Shown one piece after another: positions 50,966 through 64,000 of a DNA stretch of 64,000 bases (the stretch's first letter is position 1; each line of letters begins with the position of its first letter). This DNA comes from Hydrolagus colliei (lineage: Eukaryota). The notes below the pieces were generated by a model. It worked only from the letters and a program-made list of their open reading frames with translations. It was not told the DNA's origin and did not search any database. The translations under genes were made by a program, and so were the position numbers. Location of the stretch: contig CM068755.1 in the NCBI GenBank assembly GCA_035084275.1, forward strand, positions 8,680,001-8,744,000, in the 5' to 3' direction.

Positions 50966-52866
50966 AGAAAGATTAAAGCATCGCTACCCCCCCCCCCCCC
51001 CCCCCCCCCACACACACGTGCAAACACTGTGTGTACAGTGCGCTGATCTCACCGTTGGTATTTATTTGCAAAAAACACATCCAGCCGGTATTCTGTGAGA
51101 ATTATGAGTTTGAAGCGTATTATTCAGCATCCGGTCATCACATCTGGTGGTTGCGTTGTGGGTGGGAAATATAAATATAAATATATATATATATATAGAC
51201 ACGGTATATGTATATATTGTGGTGAGCTGCGACACTTGTTATGTGGATGTGTAGGTGCAGGTACTCACAGCAACTTTAAAGAAAAAGCCAGGGTTGAATG
51301 GCTGTGTGTTTGTGTGTGTTTAGTTTCGGTTTTCTCCCTGATTCGCACCTGGAGCTTTCCACGTTGCATTCTATCTGTGTGTTTTAATGGCTGTGAATGT
51401 GTTTTAGACGCAGATCCAGGCTGTAAGTGGCTCTGTTGTGTTTACTGGTCATTAATAATAATAATAATAATACTAATAATGATCCGTGCATTTGATATAG
51501 CTGACGCCTTACAGACGTCCCCAACCGCTTCACAGAATATACTGTAAAGTGAATACATATACATACTATATAACAATAATCCTTGCATTTTGATATAACA
51601 CTTTCTACGTCTTCTGGACGTCTCAAAGCGCTTCACAGAACATACTGTAAAGTGAATTGGCTGTGTGAATAACTGGACGAAACATAGTAAACCTGTAAAG
51701 TTCCTCGTCTGAAATCAATTTAAGAAAGATGTTCGGATGTGTATCTTTACAATTATGCATCCAACTTATACCAAGTGCGAATCTGAGCTTGTCCTTTCAA
51801 ATACCGAAACAACCAAACCACGGTTTTGATGGATCAGTGGTGTTCTTGTGATAATTGAGAATCACAAACGAACGGGGGGAGCCTAGTTCCAATATAGTTT
51901 GGCTTCAGCAGCAACCTTCAAAGACTAATCCATTCTGTTAGCAGACAGTTAACCGGTGCTAAGAATTGGTTGCCTTTAGACTTTATTCTCTCCCCTGAAT
52001 CTGACAAGAGTCTTACACCTTACAGGGGTTGATTTCACAATTGTAGTTTCCCCAGCAGGAGGGAGCAGCTGAGGATGACTGTCTGACTGCTGGAATCTGG
52101 AGAGTGCATTGTACTCTACTGCTCCCTGAATCGCTGGTTCCTTTCCTGGTTCATTTAAAGGTTAAGGAGACTCACTGTGTAAATTTGAGAATAGGGTGTG
52201 GATGGCAGCATGAAACCACCATTAACTAGGATTAAAGTAGTCATTTAACAAAGGCGATTGCTGCTCTAGGAAATGGAAAATATCTGATTAATGCAATACA
52301 GGTGGTTTGCAATAGAAGCTATCCATTTTAAGTGATGGGGAAGGAGAGACATAATTCCTTCCTGCCTAATTTTCCTCAGTAAACTTGCTCTTATAGCCTT
52401 TTAGGCCCTTAGGGTAGGTGTGAATTAATAATTGGGAATTTCTGAAAAATATGAATGTCCCATCTCAAAACCATCAATAAACACTGTAAAAGTTTCTCAG
52501 TCTGGGGACCATCCCATAATAAACATATGCACTTTGTTTACTACCAGTGACATCATACTTGTCCATCAGCCAAGATTGACTACTCCACCTAGTTTTGGGA
52601 TTAACTAAGTAATGTATAAATCATGTAGTCATTCTCTCTTGTAAATTAACCTAATGTTTATCATCTGCCTCAAACATCATGAATTTCTTATAATTTAAAG
52701 AGTTTCTGTCTTTATGCAAAAAACTTCACATAGAACAACATCCTTGAAGTATCATGGGGAAAATCCACAAGAAACCTCAAAACATAATCAGTGGCCAATA
52801 GAGAAAGTTGTCCACCTGAAATCAGGACATCCTTTGTATCACAATCTGCTGGATGCCAGAGAAATA

Positions 52867-53567
52867 CCGTATATCTCCGCGTATAAGGCGCACTTTTTTT
52901 TCACGTCAGAAGATCTCGAAAGTTGGGGGTGCGCCCTATACGCAGGTACAAATTTTGAGCCTCGGAGATACAGTAAACAGGGGGGGCGGCAGGCGCGCTG
53001 TCAGCCGGGGTTTGGTCAGTGTCCGGCGGGGGTTGGGGGGAGCGGGTGACGGGGCTTCGGCCTCGGCAGCCCGGGCAGCGGCAGCAGCAGCGGACTTCAG
53101 TGCTGTGCTTAACTTCTGCCGAACCCAGTCTGCCTGCCTCACTCCCTGCCGCTCTCCCTCTCTCTCTCCCGGGCTGCCGGCCTGCCTCTCTCCCTCTCTC
53201 TCTCCCGGGCTGCCAGCCTGCCTCTCTCCCTCTCCCTCTCTCTCTCCCGGGCTGCCGGCCTGCCTCTCTCCCTCCCTCTCTCCCAGGCTGCCGGCCTGCC
53301 TCTCTCCCTCTCTCTCTCCCGGGCTGCCGCTCTCCCTCTCTCTCTCCCTCCCTCCCTGGCTGCTGGCCTGCCTCTCTCCCTCTCTCTCTCCCTGCCTCCC
53401 TCTCTCCCTCCCTGGCTGCCTGCCTCTCTCTCTCCCTACCTACCTGTCTCTCCTCCCTTCTGCCGGCAATATCATTGAAAATGCTTCCGGTTTTTTTCAC
53501 CAAGAAAAGGTCATAAACGGGGGGTGCGCCTTATACGCGGGTGCACCTTATACGCGGAGATATACGG
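52867..53567. mobile_element. Tc1/mariner (Tc2/pogo-like) MITE with internal minisatellite
   Basis: Near-perfect TIR CCGTATATCTCCGCGTATAAGG(C/T)GCAC, TA TSD on both sides, internal copies of gggggtgcgcc(c/t)tatacgc, and a ctctctctcccgggctgccggcctgc minisatellite at ~53130-53460. Confidence 0.92.
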
Positions 53568-54077
53568 TAACTGATTTGAAATAAGTTACAGATTGAAGAC
53601 TGACTTGGAAATTTTTGAGCTAGCAAGCATGGAAGCATCCCAAACCAATCTATACAGGTATAAAACTGAATCCAGAAATGCAAGAAAAACAATTTGTATA
53701 AATCCAACACTCAAGTACTACTGGGTTCCAACACACCTGGTACAGTTCTCCTTGCTCATCTGCACTGCAAGTCTCTGATCAAACTGCTGTGAATGGGAAG
53801 CAGTGGATAAGAGGTCAAGTGCCTGTTGCTGCAGGGGCGAGAAACAGTAGACAGAGGATTCCTTGCATTCTCATGGTGCCAGATTGATAATATTGTTGGC
53901 AGAAATTTGGCACTTTACTGATTTTTTCATCAAAGCATTCTTTGTGAAAAGTTTGATCAAAGAGCTTTAGATTTTTCCGTTTTTTCCAAAAATAAACAAA
54001 GGATACAATTAAAATCAGATTTACTGCTTCACCTGGTCCGCAGAGTAAGTCTACAAGTGGTAACTGGGTTAAAGGCC

Positions 54078-54083
54078 TTTATT
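54078..54083 (-). terminator. Candidate SCAMP2 polyadenylation signal (3' UTR ~2 kb)
   Basis: tttatt on plus (AATAAA on minus) at the end of a repeat-free AT-rich stretch that follows the stop codon. Confidence 0.45.
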
Positions 54084-56123
54084 TAAGCACAAATGTTTTA
54101 AAGGACATTTACATGGATTTTTGTATAACAATAAAAAGGCACCACCCCACACATTCTATAGAACATTCCACATACACTTTTCAGATCAAAAAAATCCCAT
54201 CAGCTCATTTGTTATTATTTGCAATACATACAATATTCAATTATAAAGACATCCAATTAAGTTCTAGACTCCCAAGGGCACTGGAGATAGAGCAACAATC
54301 CCTAAAATAGATATTCTACTTCTTTCCATCTAGATTTGTACTACAGTATGTTGATGCACCCATAACTCAACTATTTTAACACAGCACTGAAGCATGCCAG
54401 AAAGGGAGAAGTCTGATTAATTCAAATAAGTTGTGCAACTGCCTGTACTCTGGATAACACTTTGGTTGCTATTCCACCACAGTACAAAATAGCCCTTTTA
54501 GTTTTCTAATGGTGAAATGAGTTCGCACCAATCAAAAATGCCATGCTGAAGGCTTGAGAATGAGACAATGTTTAAGTACTGCACTAGTCATAATTAACCA
54601 GGCTGGAGATAGTGATAAAAGCAATGACTCCCAACAAGGAATATGGAGATCAGATACCAGCCTCAACTAAAATTGTAATTGGTTTTCCAGAGGGCAGTTT
54701 AGGCAGTTATGGCATGGGCAGTTTTGGTAAGAAATTAGGTTAAGACCACGGAGTGGGTGAGAAATAAGTGAGACATACAACTTGTGATTAATCAACCAGA
54801 GCATTAGTCATATATAATCAGACTGGACTGTCTGGCCTGCCAGAGAATTGGATTTTTCTTTTGGGGAAAGGGGAAAGGAGGGAAGAGAATTACCGAAAAA
54901 AAACAAAGTACCACGCATGAACAAATACTTTACTGTGGAGTTTTGGAAACTTCTGATTTAAAACGGAATCGTAGGTAAGACATCCTAATTTAACAACTCT
55001 TCTCAATGTGTTGGTTTGTCTGGGGTCCACTGCATGATGTGAATAAGGCATGAAAACTAAGTCTTAATTAACCTCATTGAAAGGAGTAGGAGTGTGTGAG
55101 AAAGAGAGAGAAAAGTGAGCAGCAAAGGGGAATTTTGTCCTCCCCCCACCCACCCCAAGCATAAAGGAACATGAAAAGAAAGCATTTGAAATACACTGTA
55201 CGAAGATCAGTTAAGACTTAACACATCAAATCAAAATTTCAGCTAATCAGCGAGTAAAACACTTTGGATATCTTACAATTATTCTCTTTATAAGATTTCA
55301 TTGGGTACAATTTAAAAGGGAAATCGTCTGTGCAGAGATAATTCTCAGAATGGAATGGGCACACAGCAAGCAAAACCATAGATGGTTTAATGGAAAAAAA
55401 ATTACAAATTAATATTGATATTTTCTAAAAAGCATACCTATAAATACCCCAAAATACTCAAGTTTCCATACAGCTGATTTTTTTTTAAACAGAAGAAAAT
55501 GCATCACATCATGAATTGCTTTAATACTCACTTAGAATCAGAGGCCTTTTTTGTACTTGGAAGCATTTACTCTGTAATACTACAGTAGATCAAAGATGCT
55601 GCCAGGTTTTTGTGACATAGTAAGATTTCTATGCCTGAATCTTAAGAACCATAATTAAAGTCCTCTCGAAACTTTATACAAAATGAATGTAATGCTTTAG
55701 GATTACAGCAGATTCAATTTGCGGTACACAATATTATAGTGTTGTTGAACAATACTTCAGATACCATTAAAATGTTATGCTCTCAAGGATTTGTTTGTTA
55801 AATCCCCATTCCATACAAAATTATTTTTCCTTTAAAAAGTTAGCTTGATACATACAATACTCTCCCTTCTACAAAAGCATCTCTCGATTTTATCAGTACA
55901 TTGGCCAATGATCCTTCATAACCAAGAAAAATGTGAAAAAATATATTTTCCAAGCACTGTTTTCCTAGACATCACCAAAATCGTATTTTTAAACTCTGAT
56001 TGAAGCCAACTATGCGTTCCCAAATTCATGCAAGTAGGCACACAAATACACATCTTTGTCCAATGAAAGTGCATGTTTATAAAGAACGTACAAAGAGAAA
56101 GGTTGGAAAACAGTATCCAATAT

Positions 56124-59100
56124 TTAGTTTCCTTGGAAGGAATTCTGCGCAGCAGTGGTTGCAGCAGAAGCAGCAGCGTTGCGTACAGTTCTGTTCGAGA
56201 ACACTCCTTGTGAGAATTCTTCCTGTGCTCTTTGAAAACTGGCACCTGTTCTGCGGAAAATGGAATGCACCTAGGCAGTGAGAGAGGGGAAAAACTAATT
56301 ATAATTCTTGCATTTGATATAGCGCCTTATCATGTCTTCAATACGTCTGAAAGCACTTCACAGAATATACAGTGAAGTGAATTGACTGTATATTTTTGTG
56401 GCAGTAAAAACTGAATGAAGAATGAATAAGCTTAAAGAATGGACATTGAACTAAGTGCACGAGGGAAACTACCACAGTGGAAGGACATCTAACTTTCCAG
56501 AGATTTTTTAAAAACAATGAAAAATTTAAATAGGCAACCTGTCACAATAACAAGCTAAACCACTGCAATATGATCATTGTATTATTGCAGGTCCACTTAA
56601 AAGCACACCATGGACCCATGGTATTCACTTTTCAATGCTGAATGGTCAGTTTCCTGTGCATAGGCAGCAGGACACAATATCAGAGGAATAATGTGAAAAT
56701 GCTGACCCCTGGCTATTTTGAAAAGGTGGCCTGCTATAACATGAGGCAGAATTTGCGAACCAAAACCACCGTGTTAACTGGAGTTAGCCTGTAGTAACTA
56801 GTACAACTTGCTTTTCCAGAGCCTGGGTAAATGGTTAATTCTGCTAGCTAGAATATGAAAGGCAAGCAGGCACTTAAAATTGTGAAACATTCCATTTGAA
56901 TTAACCTATTTAATAACTTCTGCATTTCTGCATGGGGGAGGGTGAGAGAAAAAAGAGCTCCACATCGTCCACAGTTCCTGCACTCACAGAATTGGGGTTA
57001 TAGTTTTATTCTTACCCGTTGCACCAAAACCAACGACAAGATTGAGCACAATGTGAAGAAGGCTGCCACCACCATCATAATGACTGACACAGCAATGTTA
57101 TGAGGAATCCAACTCAGAGCTGCAATCCAACCACTGGAAATGGAACAAAAATTGGGCTTCAGTAACTATGTATTTTATATATGTATGAAACACTAAGAAG
57201 ATAAATGGTTGAAGGCCACTGCAAATCAAACATTGTGAAATATGTAAGTGAAAAAGATCAGATTCTGCAAAGGACAAACTGAAGGAGTGGGTTAAAAAAA
57301 ACATTAGCAGTAAGAAAGAGTGGTCAGTATAAGAGATACATGCGTTTGGAATGATTTAGAAAGAGGCAGTGTGAAATAGGTGTCATCAACCGCCTTACAG
57401 GCTGCTGAAATCTGTTGAGAGGATACACAGAAAGATGCAGAAAAGGCAACAGATAGCTTACAAAAACTGAAATTGCACACAGAAGGAACCCAACTTTCAA
57501 GTCAGACCTGAACGAATGCTTACCTGACGCCCCATTTGGGGATTCCCACTGCCTGGATGATGTAAAGAACAATTTGGCAGAAAAACACAAAGAAGAAGAA
57601 AAAAAAGTTGAATGAACTGTCAGACCTGAAAAGAAAAAAAGTATACTTTAATGAATTACCACATGTAGCTTTGACAACCTAAATAGGTAAACAAGCAGAA
57701 TTTATAAGTTACATTTTTTTTAATGGAAAGACCACATGGAGAAATCTGGAACAAGATCCTTTTTTATCTTTAGTGATTCAGTGATGTGTGAAATCGTTAA
57801 TTCACTGGAATCCCAACAACAATAAAAAGGATGTGAGGAAGAGCTGGCAAGCAGAATTTTAAGTGGACACAAACACAATGGATCACAAGACCTCCTGTGT
57901 TGAAAATATCTTTTATTACCCCAATGGAAAAGAAATTTCAGACAGCAGAATTACAATCTATGAAGTAATTATATACACAAATGCAAGCTAAAGATAATGT
58001 TCTGATGGAAGGTCATTGACCTGCAACATTAAACTAATTTTCCTGTCTCCATGGATGCTGCCTGACCAGATTTCCAGCATCTGCATTAATTTGTCTTTTG
58101 TTTAAAGTAAATGTTTGTTCATAATTCGGGACCTCAAGTATTTAAAGGTGACACACATCTGTATCTGACTGGTCCTCAGTCTTGTATAGTTCACTGGATA
58201 TACACCTACCTCAGACGTAAAGGGGTTCGGACCGATGCCTAGAATAATCTCAATGACCCTTCTTTAAGAAGGTGGAATAGCCCTTTAAAGGAGTGCAGGA
58301 AAATACGGAAGCCGCAATTAAATTTCTCTTGAGTATCTGATTAGAATGTAGTCCAAACCCTTCAGTCTAGTATGGATATACTATACAGTATATATTTAAA
58401 AACTCCCACTGCATCTTACCTGAAAGCCTTGTAAATTGGCCTGTACCAGCAGATGAAAGCACAAGGAGTGTAGAGTAAAAGCCATAAAATTGCCAAACCA
58501 AAGTCTACTCCATATTCTGGATTAACGATGAACTCAGCTAGGCAAGCCAGAAGATTCAACAAGAGTGTAAATGAATGAACTGTTGGAGAGGGAGAGAAAA
58601 AATTATACGTTCCAAATGTAACAAAAAGCACCTTCCCAAAGCAATGTATTGGCGAAAAATCTATTGGAATTCATTTCCCATTTGGAGTTTGGGTCATCCA
58701 TCCAAAATGAATGTCACAATCAATTGTGAATTGCCGTAGGAGGGGATGCAAATCTTACTACATGCTGGTCTGAAAGATGTAACATTACGGCTATTAGTAA
58801 AACAGGACAGTGACCACATATGGTTTGTTTACAGAGAGAAAAAAAAGCAAAGAACAATGGGGCACAAGGCATTTGTTTGTCAAGATGAGGCAGCATTCCA
58901 AATGATAAATAAAACATAGCTTTTGTCATGAAAAAAAAGACAAGATGACATAAATTCATTTAGTTACTTGTGAAATGATTGAAACAAAACGGCAGAAAAC
59001 AACCCTTAAATCTGTACAGGACAATCCTTTTGTAACTCCAGTTTGGTACAGAACTGAATTATGAATTAAATCAGGCTTTAGGCAGTTTGTCTGTGCATTT

Positions 59101-60875
59101 ACACATTTAAAAAATATATATATTTTGTGAAATATTTGGATATTCAGTTAATTATGCAGGGAATTGAGACAGATTACAATATTCAGCTTTGGTTTAATAA
59201 ATCTTATTTGAAGTTCATAATAGTTTCTCATAATATTGGAATGAAGAACTAAACATCATAAAAATGGTTAAACTTACACATCCACAAGTAGTACAACATT
59301 TTAACGATCTTCTGGAAACCTGCTGGTATTTCTCCTGAAAAGTCCTGGTAAAAGCAGGGTTTGATGGGACAGAACGAAGGAAATGGTGGCCAGTTATTTC
59401 TTTTTGTTGCTAGGAAATATAAAACATATTTAAATACATTTCAAAATTGACCCAGTGACATTGACATTCTCCATGGAAAAAAAAACCCTTTGTCTTACTT
59501 CAATGTTTTAATAAAAGAAACCGCTACTTATGAAATCGCAATCAAACCGCAATCCAAATACCATGTATACAACAACAAAATTACATTTGTAGAGCGCCTT
59601 TCATGTTGGAAGGATGTCCCAAGGCCCTGAACAGTCAGGACCCGAGGATGGAGGGGAGGGGGCAGATTTGGGGTGAGGGAGGGCAGAGAGGTAGGATGGT
59701 GACTGAAAGCACGGTCGAAGAGAAGGGTCTTGAGACCGGTCTTGAAGGAGGGAAGGGAGCAAAGGTACACTGATATAATAATAATTTTTGCATTTCATAT
59801 GGCGCTTGTTACATATTCTAGATGTCACAAAGCGCTTCACATAATATACTATAAAGTTAATTGACTGAATATTTGTGGGCAAAATGCGACAGCCAATTGA
59901 GCACAGCGGTGTCCCACAAACAGTCATGGATTGAAATTATGTTCCAACATGTGATGCTACTCAGCCAAGCTCAACAACAACAACAAATTATATTTATAGA
60001 GCGCCTTTCACGTCGGGAGGACGTCCCAAGGCGCTGCACAGAAGGCGTATGACCCGAGCTGAGAGGGGAGTGTTTGGGAAGGGGTGAAACACTAAGGGGA
60101 GGTAAAAGAGTTCAGGGTGGAACAAAAGGCACGATCGAAGAGGAAAGTCTTCAAACCGGCCTTGAAAGAGGAAAGGGAAGAAATGAAACGGAGGGATTGA
60201 GGGATGGCATTCCATAGGGTGGGAGCGGAGAAACTGAAGGCCCGGCCTCCGATGGTGGGGCGGTTCGGGCGGGGGGCTTGGAGCAGGCCAAGTCCTGTTG
60301 AACGGAGGGTCCGGGTGGGCGTGTAGGGGGAGAGTAAATCGGTTAAATAGGGCGGGGCAAGGCCGTGTAAGGCCTTGAAGGTGAGGACGAGGTTCTTGAA
60401 CTCGATCCTCTGGAGGATGGGGAGCCAGTGGAGACGGGCGAGGGTGGGGGTTATGTGGTCGCGGAGGCGGGTGTGGGATAGTACACGGGCTGCAGAGTTT
60501 TGGATGACCTGCAGCCTGTGAATGGAGGAACTGGGGAGGCCGACGAGGAGAGAGTTTCCGTAGTCCAGCCGTGAGGTGATGTATGCGTGCATGAGTGTTT
60601 CGGCAGCGCGGGGGGTAAGATAGTTGCGGAGCCTGGCAATGTTGCGCAGGTGGAAATAAGCGGTGCCGGTCAAGGCGTGGATGTGGGGGAGGAAGGAAAG
60701 TTTTTGATTGAACATGATGTTTATATCTCCACAATGTTTATAAATAAGTTAGCATTTCCTTACGACTATAGTTTGCATTTCTCAACTCTTGCTCCTTGCG
60801 ATCCAGTTCTGCAGCTTTTCTCTCCAGCTCTTCCTGCTGCCGGAGCAGCCCCAATTGTGCAGCTGTAGCGGTGGC
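56124..60875 (-). CDS. SCAMP2: Secretory carrier-associated membrane protein 2, 3' six coding exons (5' exons probably beyond the window end)
   Basis: Exons (minus): 60875-60764 ([19 protein letters not shown]), 59409-59278 ([20 protein letters not shown]), 58579-58420 ([21 protein letters not shown]), 57625-57524 (SDSSFNFF), 57133-57016 (GWIAAL), 56270-56124 ([21 protein letters not shown]). Adjacent to ULK3 in the same orientation, as in mammals. Confidence 0.93.
59975..60715 (-). mobile_element. Young-looking 5'-truncated LINE2 insertion
   Basis: Uninterrupted 207-aa ORF2 C-terminus ([55 protein letters not shown]), 3' UTR stem-loop and (tgt)n tail; CpG-rich. Older L2 tail at ~59570-59765. 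Confidence 0.93.
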
Positions 60876-62350
60876 CTGAATAGCAAACAACATAAGTGAG
60901 TGAAAGTTGATACTGCTGCAAGAAGGTGCAACAGTCATTGATTAGGTGTCGATTTCCCATTTCCCACACCCTCATTTTGTCACAAGCTGTGTGTGTGGTT
61001 TAGCTTAATGGATAGCCTAAGAACATTTGATCCAGTCAAAGTGGAAAACCATCACATCTTTTTGGGGACAATGACTTTAATAATAAAACCCGAGTTTCCA
61101 CAGCCTGGATTAGAACATGTCTCCACTACAAAGATCGAAATTTCCATGAGGTCTAGGTCATCTCCTCTGCTGGTCCTCCCCAACCTAGTCATCTACCGAA
61201 AAAGGTTCTACCCATGCTGTCTGGGCCTGTTCACTCTACCAGGTTCTTTGGGGTATTTTTTGGAGTCAGAAGATTCCTTTGACCACCCCCCAAATACCGT
61301 GTCATCTTCTAAATTTGAGGCAATTGCTTGAGTATTCAATAGGGCAGAGCAGCTTAACAGCCACGTGAGGAATGCCTTGGAACATTCTGTTAGTTTGTTA
61401 AAACTATGCTAAAGTACATATTTTACCCAACATGGTCCACACAAGCTAGGGAAGTTACCTTAGATGGTACGGGAGCCCTGAGGATTGTTCTACTAATTAC
61501 AGTAATATTAATTACTAATAAAAATTACTAATTATTATTGTAATTAGTAATGCCAGTAATTACTAATAAACAACCAGTTTGTAGCAAAGTTAGCTCGCTC
61601 AGATTGGCAAACTCTCAGAGTGAATACGCACAATCTGCTCTCGACAATCACGCAGCTTTTGAATATTTCCTCTGAGACACAGTGATGGGTAGTTTGCCAT
61701 TTTTGTATTGTATGTAGAATATTATAGAAAAATCCACAACAGGAATAAAACCATTATAAATAGGTTAAATTGGCAGTGCTAATTTTTTTCTGGAACAGCA
61801 ACAACAGAATGAAATGCTGAATTCTGGAGAACAAAACTGGAGGTAAATTTGAAAAAGTACCAAATATAATATGTTGATCAATCTTGTGCCAAACCTTTGA
61901 ATAGTAAATGAAAGACATTATTTTGACCTTGAAAACGTTGCTTCATTTTTAAAACTAGTTTATGGTTATTATTTTGTAAAATCTACTTGTTTAGGATACA
62001 GCTGTTTTCCTACCTGATCCTGCCTTCCTTCTCACCTTGTCTTTATATGGAAAAGGGTTTCCCCCTAGCAATCTGTAGCTCTCTGAATATTTGTCATTGT
62101 TTAACGGACTGGATAAGGTTGTCAGAAACTTCTTGGCCTGATGTAATAGTAGCATCTGCAATACACACTTAGACAGTCTAATCTGCACAATCTTCAGAAA
62201 ATCATATTTGTGGATGAAATCACCAAAGGCAACACAGACCAGAATTTCAGTTCAATGGCTTAAAAACAATGTCCTTCATTGACATCAATTTCATAGTGGG
62301 GAGGGGTAAACATAATGCATGGAAAAATTCCAAATCTGCCTACTATCAAC

Positions 62351-63477
62351 TAGGGTCCGGCGATATATCAATATATCGCTAAAACCCGATATAATTTTCA
62401 TATTGATATGCCGATATAGACATTTAAAAAATATTGATATATCGAAAACACGATATATCGAGGTAAAAAATCGGGATGCGAGCATACTGAACTACAAGAC
62501 CCAAAATGCTCATCTCTTTACACAATGCACAGACCGAGGTGCAAAGCCGCCATATTGTATTCACAGTCCTCGAATACAATATACAGGTATGCAAGGGCTG
62601 GGGGGGGGAGAGAGACTGCTGGGGGGAGGGGGAGAGAGACGGCTGGGGGGAGAGAGACGGCTGGGGGGAGGGGGAGAGATACGGCTGGGGGGAGGGGGAG
62701 AGATACGGCTGCGGGGAGGGGGAGAGATACGGCTGGGGGGGGGAGAGGGGGAGAGAGACGGCTGGGGAGAGGGGGAGAGAGACGGCTGGGGTGGGGAGAG
62801 AGATGGTTGGGGGGGGAGGAGAGGGGGAGAGAGACGGCTGGGGGGAGGGGGAGAGAGACGGCTGGGGGGGGAAGAGACGGCTGGGGGGGGGGGGAGAGAC
62901 GGCTGGGGGGGTAGAGACAGCTGGGGGGGTGGAGAGAGACGGCTGGGGGGGGAGGAGAGGGGGAGAGAGACGGCTAGAGGGAGGGAGAGAGAGACATCTG
63001 GGGGGAGAAAGACGTCTGGGGGGGGTTAGAGAGACGGCTGGGGGGGGGGTAGGGAGAGAGAGACGGCGGGGGAGGGGAGGGAGAAAGAGACGGCTGGGGG
63101 GGGGGGGGGGGGGGAGAGAGACGACGGGGGTGGGTGGTGCGAGAGAGGGACGGCGGGGGGGTGGGGGGGGGGGAGACGGGGTGGATGTGATAATATACAG
63201 ATAGATAGAGATGGGGGGGATGTGAGAGAGGAGAGAGGGAGAGAGACACAGAGACATACAGACAGAAAAACACAGAGATGGAGAGAGTGAGAGACACAGA
63301 GAAAGATATTTACCTCCTGAGAAGATAGGCCCCGAACGTGCGCGCACCCGGAATGCGCGCGCACCCGGGATGCGCATGCGCAGTACAAAAAACCTGAAAA
63401 TATCGATATTTCGGTATATCTCGATATGAGCCCATCGATATGTATAATCGGAAAATTTTCCATATCGACGGACCCTA
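62351..63477. mobile_element. hAT (Ac-like, TAGGG termini) non-autonomous element with G-rich minisatellite
   Basis: TIR TAGGGTCCGGCGATAT / ATATCGACGGACCCTA; perfect 8-bp TSD CTATCAAC at 62343-62350 and 63478-63485; many subterminal CGATAT/ATATCG motifs; gagagacggctggggg array at ~62595-63180. Confidence 0.93.
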
Positions 63478-64000
63478 CTATCAACATATATTTTTGTTAG
63501 ATCATATCCAATTTAAATATAGAAACCTACACAGTTAAGGCAAAGTGAACTTTTCAGGTAGTCTACATATAGTAAACAATTTCACACAATCCTATATACG
63601 TAAAATGAAAATTCTAACTTTATTGGAATTCCAATGAATTTCTAATTTAATTGGAAGCGTTTGGAAGCGTTTGCACATTATCCTGTGCTGTACAAACGCA
63701 ATTTGTTGTCAGTACAGGAAAAGCCTGTTTATCTGTGATCTGATCAACCGGATTGCTCGACCCCCTCCCGGGGCAATTCCCCATTCCAGCAATCGTGAGT
63801 ATGCTCACTTTGCACTTGCATGCAATGCGTGCCCCTGCACAATTATGAAACTTACGAACTCAGGGTTTTTGCGATCATTTTACCGAGTGTGCTGGAATGC
63901 TTTATTGGTAAGTATTCATACAATATTCTGTTACTATTTAGTATATTATTAATATGATAGGTTTTAAAATAAGTAATTTTTTTGTGTTGGGTTTTTGGCA

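Noticed and set aside
52853-53584. Repetitive 165-243 aa ORFs
   Set aside because: Translations of the minisatellite inside a MITE; no transposase motifs.
61459-61489. Micro-exon candidate with donor aag|gtaac in the SCAMP2 intron
   Set aside because: 31 nt, frame-breaking, with no polypyrimidine tract.
62319-63487. Gly/Arg- and Pro-rich ORFs
   Set aside because: Translations of the G-rich minisatellite in the hAT element.

Overview
Eukaryotic (vertebrate) genomic DNA, most likely a cartilaginous fish; I infer this from the repeat content (tRNA-head SINEs with L2-type tails, Deu-domain SINEs, LF-SINE-like copies, CR1, L2). Five protein-coding genes were reconstructed by hand from GT-AG junctions and reading frame. 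They are NRG4 (+, three coding exons, start exon not found), FBXO22 (-, complete, 7 exons, 401 aa), an intronless GAS1 paralogue (+, 279 aa), ULK3 (-, complete, 16 coding exons, 471 aa) and the 3' six exons of SCAMP2 (-). Mobile DNA includes a solo LTR with a 4-bp TSD, two hAT MITEs with perfect 8-bp TSDs, two Tc1/mariner-type MITEs, and many SINE/LINE fragments. There are two N gaps at the ULK3 5' end. There is no prokaryotic-type system or CRISPR array. The most unusual observations are: a ~400-bp inverted duplication between NRG4 and FBXO22 carrying an orphan exon-like ORF with signs of coding constraint; a GAS1 paralogue tail-to-tail with ULK3 between convergent CTCF-like motifs; a candidate extra NPF-encoding SCAMP2 exon; and an L2-tail-derived hairpin in a ULK3 intron. 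Repeat boundaries without TSDs are approximate, and no database searches were run.
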